DNA from: an uncultured Anaerolineae bacterium
GTDB taxonomy: Bacteria > Chloroflexota > Anaerolineae > Aggregatilineales > UBA3940
Assembly (NCBI GenBank): GCA_964390105.1
Contig: CAYMGV010000005.1
Location: forward strand, 285-64,284
Direction: 5' to 3'
Length of the DNA: 64,000 nt
Made by a program: the position numbers and the translations under genes. Numbering within the stretch: position 1 is the first letter of the stretch; each line of letters starts with the position of its first letter. The notes below the pieces were generated by a model. It had not been told where the DNA came from. It saw nothing but the letters and a program-made list of their open reading frames with translations, and made no database searches. Of the stretch, positions 55,707 through 64,000 are shown piece after piece.

Positions 55707-56252
55707 ATGACTCTCGGAGACCAGATCGAGGACCTGCTGGACCTGATGCCGATCCCGGAGGATCGGCGGGCGCGTTACCGGGCGCGGCTGGCTGAGGGGG
55801 CATTGACCCGCGACGAAGGGCGGGATTCACATTTCTGCGCGTACTTCCTGCCGGTTAACCCGCAGACGGGGCAGGTGTACATGGTGCATCATCGCAAGGC
55901 GGGTAAGTGGCTGAGTCCGGGCGGTCATATCGATGCCGGGGAACTGCTGGAGGAAACCGTGGTGCGGGAGGTCCGCGAGGAACTGGGCCTGACGGTCGCC
56001 GGGCAGCGGCTGAAACGACCCTTCCACATGACGATCACGCCCATCGACATCAGCAAGGAAAAGCGCAACTGCGCTGAGCATTTCGAGGTTTGGTTCCTGA
56101 TCCCGACCGATGGGAGTGAGTTCGACGTCGATATGGAGGAGTTTTACGACACGCGCTGGATGTCGATTGATGAGGCCATCGAGTTGACGGAGGATGACGC
56201 CAACCGGGAGGCGCTAACGGCGCTCAAATACCGGATGCGCTTCGGGAAGTAG
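55707..56252 (+). CDS. NUDIX hydrolase
   Basis: Nudix box GGHIDAGELLEETVVREVREELGL. ATG 55707 is preceded by gaaggagga. Confidence 0.85.
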   Translation: MTLGDQIEDLLDLMPIPEDRRARYRARLAEGALTRDEGRDSHFCAYFLPVNPQTGQVYMVHHRKAGKWLSPGGHIDAGELLEETVVREVREELGLTVAGQRLKRPFHMTITPIDISKEKRNCAEHFEVWFLIPTDGSEFDVDMEEFYDTRWMSIDEAIELTEDDANREALTALKYRMRFGK

Positions 56253-56260
56253 GGCGATTC

Positions 56261-56296
56261 AAAACGGGATGACCTGTAATCAGGCCATCCCGTTTT
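56261..56296. terminator. Bidirectional terminator hairpin (NUDIX / pnp)
   Basis: aaaacgggatgacctg / caggccatcccgtttt (one mismatch), with an A-run on the 5' side and a T-run on the 3' side. Confidence 0.85.
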
Positions 56297-56316
56297 TGTT
56301 TCAGCAATTGTAAGGC

Positions 56317-58554
56317 TTAGTCGCGGCTGCGGCTGCGGCCACGGTCACCACTGCGGCTGCCGCTGTTGCCACCACGGTCATCGCGATTACCGCCACGGTT
56401 GCCACCGCTCTTCTTACGGGGCTGGTCGGCTTCCTGTGCTTCTTCCAGTGTCCAGCCTTCCAGCACGGCCTGGCGGCTCAGGCGGACCTTGCCGTCGTTG
56501 CTGACGTCGGTCACCATCACCATGATCTCATCACCAACGGATACCACGTCATGCGGCGTATCGACCCGGTAGGTCTCAAGCTGGCTGACGTGGACGAGGC
56601 CATCAGTGCCGGGCAGGATTTCCACGAATGCGCCGAAGTTCTCGACACGGCGGACCGTCCCGGTGTAGATGCGCCCGACCTGGACTTCCTCGGTCAGTGC
56701 CTCGATCATGCTGCGGGCACGGTCACTATCGGTCTGATTAACGGCGGCGATGTAGATCGTGCCGTCTTCCTCGATGTGGACCTGGCTGTTAGTCTCGGAC
56801 TGGATGCCACGCACCGTTTCGCCGCCCTTGCCGATGACCGTTCGTATCTTTTCGGGGTTGATCTGGATGACGGTCATACGCGGAGCGTACGGGCTGAGTT
56901 CTTCACGCGGGGCCGGGATAGCCGCTTCGATCACGTCAAGGATTTCGAGGCGGGCATCTTTAGCCTGGTGAAGGGCCTGTTCCAGCACTTCGTAGGGCAG
57001 GCCCTTGATCTTGATATCCATCTGAAGGGCGGTGATGCCGTCACGCGTACCGGCGACCTTGAAGTCCATATCACCGATGTGGTCTTCCATGCCCTGGATG
57101 TCAGTCAGCACGGCATGACGTTCACCGTCGGAGATCAGGCCCATGGCGATACCACCCACCGGCTTCTTGATCGGCACCCCACCGTCCATCAGGGCCAGTG
57201 TGCTGGCGCAGACGGAGGCCATTGAGGTCGAGCCGTTGGAACTCATCACCTCGCTGACAACACGAATGGTATACGGGAAATCGTCCTGGGCCGGCAGCAC
57301 CGGGAGCAGGGCGTTCTCAGCAAGCTGACCATGGCCGATTTCGCGGCGCTTGGGGCCACGCATGAACCATGTTTCACCGGTTGAGAATGGCGGGAAGTTA
57401 TAGTGGTGCAGGTAGTACTTCTTGTCGGCTGGCTCCAACCCGTCGAATTCCTGGGCATCGCCGAGCGTGCCCAGTGTTAGGAAGCTGAGAACCTGCGTTT
57501 CACCACGGTGGAATATGCCTGTACCGTGCGCACGCGGGATCAGGCCGGTGTCGGCTGTCAGCGGGCGGATCGTGGTGTAATCACGACCATCGGGACGGAC
57601 ACCTTTTTCAAGGATTTGGGAGCGGATCTTATCCGTGATGATATCGCTAAAGAAGCCCTTGACCGCACGACGACGATCAGCGAGTACTTCTTCTTCACTC
57701 TCGCTGGTGTATTCATCCACGACTTCTTCGCGCAGGTCATCAAGCTCAGCGTTGCGCTCATCACGGTTGAAGTAGTTGGCGACGATGCTGGTAATCTGAT
57801 CGTCAATGCGCGCAGTCACCGAGGCGCGAAGCTCCTCATCTACTGACGGCAGTTTGACTTCCTGCTTTTCCTTGCCAAGCTCGGCGCGCATCTGCTCCTG
57901 CAGCGCGATAATCGGCTGCATGGCCTCGTGACCGGCCTTCAGCGCGGCGATCATGGTGGCTTCGTCGACTTCTTCTGACTGGCACTCCACCATGTTGATG
58001 GCATCCGCTGTACCGGCGAGGCGCAGGTCCAGCTTGGTTTCGGCCATCTGGGAGTAGGTGGGGTTGATCACAAATTCGTCGTTGATCAACCCGACGCGGA
58101 CAGCGCCAATCGGGCCAGCCCACGGGATATCGGAAATATGGAGGGCGGCGCTGGCGGCATTCATGGCGATCACATCATGCTGATGCTCACCGTCATGGGC
58201 GAAGGCATACAGGATGACCTGCACTTCGTTGCGCATGTTCTTGTTGAACAGCGGGCGCAGTGGGCGGTCTGTCATACGGGCGATCAGGATGGCGGAAACG
58301 GGTGGCCGCCCCTCACGGCGGAACCAACTGCCGGGAATGCGCCCGGCAGCATAGAGCCGCTCCTCAAAATCGACGCTGAGGGGGAAGAAATCAATGCCCT
58401 CACGGATGTTGCGGGACATCGTGGCGGTAGCAAAGAGGGTGGTGTCACCCTCGCGCATGGTGACGGCACCACCGGCCTGCCCGGCCAGGTGTCCGGTCTC
58501 GACGACGTATTCGTGGTCGCCGACATGGCACATAAATGTGCGTTTGGTTGACAT
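56317..58554 (-). CDS. pnp: Polyribonucleotide nucleotidyltransferase (PNPase) with an Arg/Gly/Ser-rich C-terminal tail
   Basis: Two RNase PH domains (FPLSVDFEERLYAAGRIPG, MDFKVAGTRDGITALQMDIK), KH (IGKGGETVRGI), S1 (GRIYTGTVRRVENFGAFVEI), then KKSGGNRGGNRDDRGGNSGSRSGDRGRSRSRD. Confidence 0.95.
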   Translation of the reverse strand: MSTKRTFMCHVGDHEYVVETGHLAGQAGGAVTMREGDTTLFATATMSRNIREGIDFFPLSVDFEERLYAAGRIPGSWFRREGRPPVSAILIARMTDRPLRPLFNKNMRNEVQVILYAFAHDGEHQHDVIAMNAASAALHISDIPWAGPIGAVRVGLINDEFVINPTYSQMAETKLDLRLAGTADAINMVECQSEEVDEATMIAALKAGHEAMQPIIALQEQMRAELGKEKQEVKLPSVDEELRASVTARIDDQITSIVANYFNRDERNAELDDLREEVVDEYTSESEEEVLADRRRAVKGFFSDIITDKIRSQILEKGVRPDGRDYTTIRPLTADTGLIPRAHGTGIFHRGETQVLSFLTLGTLGDAQEFDGLEPADKKYYLHHYNFPPFSTGETWFMRGPKRREIGHGQLAENALLPVLPAQDDFPYTIRVVSEVMSSNGSTSMASVCASTLALMDGGVPIKKPVGGIAMGLISDGERHAVLTDIQGMEDHIGDMDFKVAGTRDGITALQMDIKIKGLPYEVLEQALHQAKDARLEILDVIEAAIPAPREELSPYAPRMTVIQINPEKIRTVIGKGGETVRGIQSETNSQVHIEEDGTIYIAAVNQTDSDRARSMIEALTEEVQVGRIYTGTVRRVENFGAFVEILPGTDGLVHVSQLETYRVDTPHDVVSVGDEIMVMVTDVSNDGKVRLSRQAVLEGWTLEEAQEADQPRKKSGGNRGGNRDDRGGNSGSRSGDRGRSRSRD

Positions 58555-58739
58555 AGGTAAAAACCTCCAGTTGAGTGTAGACCTCGTATCGCCAATGGAG
58601 GTCAGGAACTGGGGACTGGCATCAAACGATGCTTGATAGCAGTTCCCAATACCTGCCCTCTTCTGATAGGAGGCCGATTAGCATACTACTTTATTGTATA
58701 TCAAACCGCGCAATGCTCCCACAATGGCACTTAAACAAC

Positions 58740-58773
58740 AAGGAGCAGTCCTGTCGAAACAGGGCTGCTCCTG
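58740..58773 (-). terminator. rpsO terminator / pnp leader hairpin
   Basis: On the minus strand: caggagcagccctg ttcgac aggactgctcctt followed by gttgttt, about 25 nt after the rpsO stop. Confidence 0.75.
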
Positions 58774-58798
58774 CTTGATGCTATCGGAAGAAGGATAA

Positions 58799-59068
58799 TT
58801 AACGGCGCAGGCCAAGCCGCTGGATCAGGACCGTATAGGCATCGGGGTCGGTGTTGCGCAGGTAGCGCAGCAGACGACGGCGCTGGCCGACCATCTTTAA
58901 CAGGCCACGACGTGAATGGTGGTCATGCTTGTGCTGCTTGAGATGCTCGGTCATGTAGTCAATCCGGCGGGTCAGCAGGGCAACCTGCACCTGCGCTGAG
59001 CCGGTATCGCCTTCGTGCGTTGCATACTCTTTGATGACTGCCGTTTTAGCTTCGGGTGATAGTGCCAT
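58799..59068 (-). CDS. rpsO: 30S ribosomal protein S15
   Basis: 89 aa. [51 protein letters not shown]. Start at MALSPE; the track ORF carries a spurious 5' extension. Confidence 0.95.
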   Translation of the reverse strand: MALSPEAKTAVIKEYATHEGDTGSAQVQVALLTRRIDYMTEHLKQHKHDHHSRRGLLKMVGQRRRLLRYLRNTDPDAYTVLIQRLGLRR

Positions 59069-59271
59069 TGGGTGAATCTCCTTCATAGTCACCAGATGCG
59101 CGGAGACCGGCGCATCGGTCTGAATCAAACACAATAGCTGAGTATATCCCAGGGCAGGATGCCTCGCAAGGAAGGGGATTCCTACCTTTGTATACACTAC
59201 CAGATGATCGTATAATGGGCATACAAAATTGCTCTTGTTCTCAATACGTATGTACAGCACAGGCAGATATT

Positions 59272-59811
59272 ATGAGCGACGATCATGAAATGAGTACGGA
59301 CGAAACCTTCATTATCGGGAAGGGTGCCGCATCTTCGATGCAGGAGATTTTCAACCGCTTTATGACCAACTTCAGCCCATTTGGTTTTCAATCGCGGCAT
59401 GACAATCTTGAATACCATCCTATACCGTATAAACCTGAGCCGGGTGACGAACTGGTACTCAGTGAACCATGGCGGGCGGTGCTGGAACTGTACGTTGATG
59501 ATGAACTGATGGTACTGGGGCTGGACCTGTACGGTGACCTGGTACTTGGTCGTGGCAGCAGCCGCCCAGGCCGGATTGTGTTTAGCCTTGACCCGTATGG
59601 CGCGCAGTCACTCGGGGTATCACGTGAGCATTGTATGCTGCGGCCCACACCAAGCCGCCTGTTCGTCATCGACCAGGGCAGTACCAACGGGACCAAGGTC
59701 AACGGGGCTGCCAGCGGGCGTGGTGTTGCCACGCAGCTGAATCATGATGACATCCTGGAACTGGGTAACATGGTGCTGATGGTGAAGATCGTCAGCCATC
59801 CCGGCGCGTAA
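59272..59811 (+). CDS. FHA-domain protein
   Basis: LVLGRGSS...VSREHCML...LFVIDQGSTNGTKVNG...L.HDDILELGNMVL is the canonical FHA pattern. Start uncertain (59188, 59272 or 59290). Confidence 0.8.
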   Translation: MSDDHEMSTDETFIIGKGAASSMQEIFNRFMTNFSPFGFQSRHDNLEYHPIPYKPEPGDELVLSEPWRAVLELYVDDELMVLGLDLYGDLVLGRGSSRPGRIVFSLDPYGAQSLGVSREHCMLRPTPSRLFVIDQGSTNGTKVNGAASGRGVATQLNHDDILELGNMVLMVKIVSHPGA

Positions 59812-59833
59812 CGAAAACGCCCTGAGGGGTTCT

Positions 59834-59866
59834 AAAACAGTGCAGGGACTCCCTGCACTGTTTTTT
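59834..59866 (+). terminator. Rho-independent terminator
   Basis: aaaacagtgcaggg / ccctgcactgtttt stem followed by a T-run. Confidence 0.85.
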
Positions 59867-59915
59867 ATTCATGGGTCTTGGGTCGGTATTTGAGGAGAGA
59901 GGGAAGTCGTAGGTC

Positions 59916-60629
59916 GTGAACTTACCAGAGAACCTGATAGTCATCCTTGTTGGTGTGATCCTGGGGATTTCGGTGGTACTGATGATGCGCGCCTGGCAGT
60001 TGCGGCGCAACCGGCAGGCCTTTGGCTATAGCTATGGGCGTGCAAGGCAGGCTCGACGCTGGTTGACGGTGGGTGCGGGGCTGGGGGTGCTGCTCGTGTC
60101 AGGTTTTGGGTTGTATCGGCTGTGGGTGGAACTGCGTCCGCCCGCTTTGCCGGAAGCAGCGGGGGCGGCCTCGGAAGATGTCTACCTTCAGCTTTCGGAC
60201 CCACTCACTAATACGTATATTACTATCCCTGTGTTGGGGGTGCGCACTGACCTGGTTCCGGCCCCGTTTGTTGCCAACCAATGGGACATCTCGCGCCTGA
60301 CTGACGAGGTCGCTCATCTTGAGGGAACCCCACTTCCCGGCCAGCCCGGTAATGTGGTGTTAGCGGGGCACGTCACGGTGCCGGGGGCCGGGTGGGGGCC
60401 ATTCCAGGAGCTTGAGCAGCTTCAGGCCGGGGATCGCATCTTCATTGAAACCAGCCTGAATACCCTGGCTTATGAGGTCGTTGAGATCAAGACGGTTGAG
60501 GCGACGGATGTAGAGGTCACCTTCCCGACGCCGGAGGATCGCCTGACTCTGATTACCTGCACCGGCTGGAGTGATATTTTACAGGCTTATGTGCAGCGCG
60601 TAGTGGTGGTCGCCATCCCGGCTGGTTGA
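59916..60629 (+). CDS. Sortase-family transpeptidase (membrane-anchored)
   Basis: N-terminal TM helices, catalytic triad context VVLAGHV ... LTLITCTGW ... QRVVV. GTG start. Confidence 0.8.
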   Translation: MNLPENLIVILVGVILGISVVLMMRAWQLRRNRQAFGYSYGRARQARRWLTVGAGLGVLLVSGFGLYRLWVELRPPALPEAAGAASEDVYLQLSDPLTNTYITIPVLGVRTDLVPAPFVANQWDISRLTDEVAHLEGTPLPGQPGNVVLAGHVTVPGAGWGPFQELEQLQAGDRIFIETSLNTLAYEVVEIKTVEATDVEVTFPTPEDRLTLITCTGWSDILQAYVQRVVVVAIPAG

Positions 60630-60708
60630 TCGAACCCGGTGCCGGGGCGCTTGTTCCCCTGCTAACCTTCCATTACAATCGAACATGGGCTGGTTCAAGG
60701 AGGGCGTG

Positions 60709-61641
60709 ATGGGCGAAGCATCTCGTAACACTAATCTGGCATTCCGGGCAGGCATCCTTGCGGATTATGAAGGGGTATCAGCGTTGGCTGATGCCGGAAC
60801 CGGCAGCGGCGTGTTGGCGCAGGCCACATGGGCAGGCTGGGTCGATTCTGAGGATAGCTTTCCGGTAGTGGCGCTGCGTGGCGAACATGTGATCGGTGCG
60901 GCCAATGTGCGGAAACTTGGCCCGGCGGAGTACTGGGCCGAGGGGCTATATGTGGCGGCCAACCTGCGTGGAGTGGGTGTGGAACAGGTCGTGATGGCAG
61001 GGGTCGTTGAGCAGTTCAAGCAGAACGGTGAGGGCTTCCTGCGCATGTTGATCCGCCGAAGCAGCGCCGTGTTACAGCAGGCCGCCGGGGTGCTGAGGCT
61101 GCGCCATGTTGCCAGCTATATCCATGTCGTTTCGACTCCGGAGGAGGCCCCTTTCGATGCGCTGAAGCTGCTCCAGTCACGCAATCATGGTATGGTGTGG
61201 CCATACCTGCGCAATTCTCCCTCGTATCGCTCCAATGGTTACGCTGAAAGCGAACATACCCTGTATTTCATGACGAGTGACCGCTTACAGTGGTATCTTG
61301 ATGATCCGGCTGTTGAGGTCGCCGGGTGGCGGAACCAGAATCGGCTGGCAGGGCTGGCGATCACCATGCCGTATTTTGGTGAAGATGGCGAACCCATTGA
61401 AGGCGCGCCGCTGCATGTGACCTATATCAATGCGCCCGATGATACCACGCTGACTCGCATCCTTATAGCCCTGCGCGGGCTGGCGGCCTTCCGCGGGAAC
61501 GATCTGGTGCGCTGGGCCATGCCCATGCGTATCGGGCTTGAGGGGCCGGTCGAGATGGCTGGCTTTGTTGTGCCGGACAGCGACGACGAGCGCATGTTGT
61601 ACGAGCTTCCCATCACTGCGACGATCCAGGTTCCGTTCTAG
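60709..61641 (+). CDS. GNAT-like acetyltransferase domain protein (N-terminal GNAT-like, C-terminal unassigned)
   Basis: ATG 60709 is preceded by aaggaggg. LYVAANLRGVGVEQVVMAGVVEQF resembles GNAT motif A (R/Q-x-x-G-x-G/A). The assignment is tentative. Confidence 0.5.
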   Translation: MGEASRNTNLAFRAGILADYEGVSALADAGTGSGVLAQATWAGWVDSEDSFPVVALRGEHVIGAANVRKLGPAEYWAEGLYVAANLRGVGVEQVVMAGVVEQFKQNGEGFLRMLIRRSSAVLQQAAGVLRLRHVASYIHVVSTPEEAPFDALKLLQSRNHGMVWPYLRNSPSYRSNGYAESEHTLYFMTSDRLQWYLDDPAVEVAGWRNQNRLAGLAITMPYFGEDGEPIEGAPLHVTYINAPDDTTLTRILIALRGLAAFRGNDLVRWAMPMRIGLEGPVEMAGFVVPDSDDERMLYELPITATIQVPF

Positions 61642-61760
61642 GTGGATATACCGTGCGAGGCAGCAGCACGAACATCTCCACCCCAAAAGCTGCTTGTTGA
61701 AGGTCCGAACGGGGTATACTTAGCATAAAGAACACGTCAAACCTACCAGGAGAACAAAGC

Positions 61761-61967
61761 GTGAGCAATAACGGTAATGGTCATGAGGATGACTACAGCG
61801 TGACTGTGCTGGCGGAAACCGATAACTTCGCGGTGCTTCAGGCCGAAGACATCGAGGGCGAGCCGGTGTACAGTGTCGAACTGGGATCGGTGACTCTGCA
61901 CCTGTACCAGGATGAGTGGGAAGAACTGCTCGAACTGATCAAGGCAATCAACAGCGAAAGCGAGTAA
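61761..61967 (+). CDS. Small acidic hypothetical protein (68 aa)
   Basis: GTG start after caggaga. Followed by a hairpin and T-run. No motif recognised. Confidence 0.45.
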   Translation: MSNNGNGHEDDYSVTVLAETDNFAVLQAEDIEGEPVYSVELGSVTLHLYQDEWEELLELIKAINSESE

Positions 61968-61996
61968 GGCTGTTCCTGCATCTGGCAGGCAGCAAA

Positions 61997-62030
61997 CAAA
62001 AGGGCGTCATAGTGGCGTCCTTTTCGTTTT
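61997..62030 (+). terminator. Rho-independent terminator (moderate)
   Basis: aaaagggcgtc / ggcgtcctttt stem (with G-U pairs) followed by cgtttt. Confidence 0.55.
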
Positions 62031-62057
62031 CGGGGAAGCTGCGCTGAACCCGGTATA

Positions 62058-63563
62058 ATGACCCCTATGGACTCAACAACGACTCAAACCGGCCTGTTTG
62101 CCCCCGGCAGCGACCGCCGCATCGCGCTGTTGCTTTGGGTGATTCTCAGCACCGTGATCTACGCCAGCGTGCCCGGCGTGACCTCCAGTAACGACGGCTC
62201 CCATTACGCGCTGCTGCGCTCGCTTGCTGAGTACGGGCGTTTCGAGATCGGCCCGTTCCGTGACTTCACGCAGGGTCAGGATATCGCCTATCACGGGAAC
62301 GACGTGTTCAGCGACCGTCCGCCGGGGTCGGCGCTGCTGGCGGCCCCCTTGTATAGCGTCACGCGCGCGCTGGGCATCGAGGCGTTCCAGCGGCTTGATT
62401 CGATACACGACGCTGATAACCCGTACATGCCGTGGGGGATGATCAGTTCCTCGATGCTGGCAGCAGGTACAGCGGCCTTGTTTTATCTCTCGATGCGGCG
62501 GCAGTTTGGCCTGTCGCTGTGGCCTGCACTGTTGGCGGCGGTGACTCTCGGTCTCGGTACGACCTTGTGGCGCTATGGGATGGTGCTGTTTTCACATGCG
62601 ACGGCGGCCTTCTTCGTGTGGTTGAGCCTGACCCTGCTGTTTGAACTGGAACTGCGCGGTCCTGATCCGGCCATCAGCGGGCTGTTTGGCTTTGTGCTGG
62701 GCTACAACCTGCTGACGGAATACTCGAACACGGTGTTCATCGCGGTGGTGGGGATGTACGCGGTGGCCGTGCTGGGGCCACGGGCATGGGAGGCATGGTC
62801 CACGGGCCGACGTTGGCGGGCCAGCGTGATCAGCTTCTTTGTGATGGGGGCGGTCCCGCTGACGTTTCTGCTGTTTTATAACGCAGTCAACTTCGGGGAC
62901 CCGTTCTCACTATCTACTTCGAATGTTGATCTGGCGCGCTGGCCGGAGAACGCCAGCTTTGCGGCGCGGTTCAGCACACCGATCCGGGTGGGGCTGCCTG
63001 CCACGCTGTGGAGCGACGGGATCAACCAGGGTATTTTCCTGCTGATGCCTGCCGCGTGGATCGGTTTGCCGGGGCTGGTATACGGGTTCCGCCGTGGGAT
63101 GATCGAGGGGGTTAATCACCGCTTGTTCCTGCTGTTGGGGTTGTTTGCCTTCTATGAGGTCCTGTTCTCGATGTTGACCCACTATAATCCATACACCAAC
63201 GACAGCCGCTATATCGTGACGTTTATCGCGGGGTGGTTCGTGTTCGTGGCCTATGGCCTCGAATGGCTGCTGCGGGAACGGCCTCGGAGCGGCGGGCACT
63301 GGGCCGCCCTGCTGATGGCTTTTGCGCTGATGTGGCTCTCGATCCGAAACCAGGTATGGCATGTCCTGGCCAGTTGGGGCCGCACCTTCGCCTATACTGA
63401 TCTTGCCCCGCTGGCCTTCCATCCGCATAATATCAGGGCCATCATGGAAGCGTTGTTTATCAACCTGCCCAACGTCCTGGTGCTGTGGGCGTGGCTGGCC
63501 GTGATCACGCTGGGGCTGTGGGGCATCTCGATTCCGTTCACGAAACGCGGGGAGGTGGCCTGA
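62058..63563 (+). CDS. Polytopic membrane protein, GT-C-fold glycosyltransferase-like (tandem paralog 1)
   Basis: At least 10 TM helices. First-loop motif SSNDGSHYALL...FSDRPPGSALL. ATG 62058 overlaps a TATAAT (62054-62059), so ATG 62067 is a possible near-leaderless start. Confidence 0.6.
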   Translation: MTPMDSTTTQTGLFAPGSDRRIALLLWVILSTVIYASVPGVTSSNDGSHYALLRSLAEYGRFEIGPFRDFTQGQDIAYHGNDVFSDRPPGSALLAAPLYSVTRALGIEAFQRLDSIHDADNPYMPWGMISSSMLAAGTAALFYLSMRRQFGLSLWPALLAAVTLGLGTTLWRYGMVLFSHATAAFFVWLSLTLLFELELRGPDPAISGLFGFVLGYNLLTEYSNTVFIAVVGMYAVAVLGPRAWEAWSTGRRWRASVISFFVMGAVPLTFLLFYNAVNFGDPFSLSTSNVDLARWPENASFAARFSTPIRVGLPATLWSDGINQGIFLLMPAAWIGLPGLVYGFRRGMIEGVNHRLFLLLGLFAFYEVLFSMLTHYNPYTNDSRYIVTFIAGWFVFVAYGLEWLLRERPRSGGHWAALLMAFALMWLSIRNQVWHVLASWGRTFAYTDLAPLAFHPHNIRAIMEALFINLPNVLVLWAWLAVITLGLWGISIPFTKRGEVA

Positions 63564-64000
63564 TGTCGAGCGAACTACGGCAGGCGCGCCCGGCCTCGGA
63601 TCGCTGGATCGGCATGGTGATCTTCGTGGTGCTGGTCAGCGTCTACTTTGCGACGGTATCAGGTGCGGTATCGACCAATGACGGCTCACACCTTGCACTG
63701 GTGACAGCGATGGGGGAGGGGTACGGCTTCGATATCAGCCCGTGGGAGTGGTACACCGGCCTGCGAGATATGGCAGCTTACAACGGCGGCACCTTCTCGG
63801 ACCGGCCACCGGGTACAGCCCTGCTGACGCTGCCGTTTTACTGGCTGGCGTGGTGGCTTCCGGCCCCGCTCACCGTACCGGGAACATGGGCCGCAGCCGG
63901 GTTCGACCGGCTCAACTACATCATGCTGGCCCCCGTGTTGCTGATGGCAGGGGCGGGCACGGTCTTCTATGCGATGCTGCGGCGTCACCTCGGCATCCGG
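63563..64000 (+). CDS. Polytopic membrane protein, GT-C-like (tandem paralog 2); 3' end lies outside the window
   Basis: ATG overlaps the upstream stop (TGATG). My translation gives MSSELRQARPASDRWIGMVIFVVLVSVYFATVSGAVSTNDGSHLALV...FSDRPPGTALL, the same motifs as paralog 1. The frame stays open to base 64000. Confidence 0.6.
   Translation, partial: MSSELRQARPASDRWIGMVIFVVLVSVYFATVSGAVSTNDGSHLALVTAMGEGYGFDISPWEWYTGLRDMAAYNGGTFSDRPPGTALLTLPFYWLAWWLPAPLTVPGTWAAAGFDRLNYIMLAPVLLMAGAGTVFYAMLRRHLGIR

Overview
GC-rich bacterial chromosomal segment, densely coding, mostly housekeeping. I found no rRNA, tRNA, CRISPR array, transposase, integrase or phage genes. Gene content points to a monoderm, Chloroflexota-like organism, though this is inference only: archaeal-type SAM synthetase and ProRS, FemAB-family transferases, a sortase, and many Pro/Thr-linker lipoproteins. 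Features in order:
- Partial CBS/CorC gene, then RNase P RNA (rnpB).
- SH3b lipoprotein and a 1987-aa alpha-2-macroglobulin-like lipoprotein whose thioester motif is mutated.
- Cell-envelope neighbourhood at 9-17.7 kb with two FemAB paralogs, two paralogous 2-TM proteins, a BMP-family binding protein and a DcyD-like enzyme.
- Complex I operon encoding only membrane subunits (nuoA-H-J-K-L-M-M-N), with duplicated nuoM and an enlarged, His-rich NuoL.
- GT-C-like membrane protein.
- F0-only ATP synthase operon (atpZ-like, atpB, atpE, atpF). Subunit a is greatly expanded, and subunit b carries a delta C-terminal-domain-like tail.
- SAM-I riboswitch with terminator in front of an archaeal-type SAM synthetase.
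- Metallophosphoesterase, ParB/Srx-like protein, GT2, polyprenyl-phosphate sugar transferase, murE.
- Tandem paralogous lipoproteins flanking a 45-aa TM micro-ORF.
- LOG-like and TPR genes, trxA, SH3b-GH enzyme, epimerase, GH13.
- Histidine phosphatase, a TrxR-like flavoprotein lacking its CxxC and overlapping a malic enzyme gene, proS, NUDIX, pnp-rpsO.
- FHA, sortase, GNAT, and tandem GT-C paralogs.

The most unusual content is the co-located pair of membrane-sector-only bioenergetic operons and their atypical subunits. All family calls rest on motifs read by eye. No database search was run.
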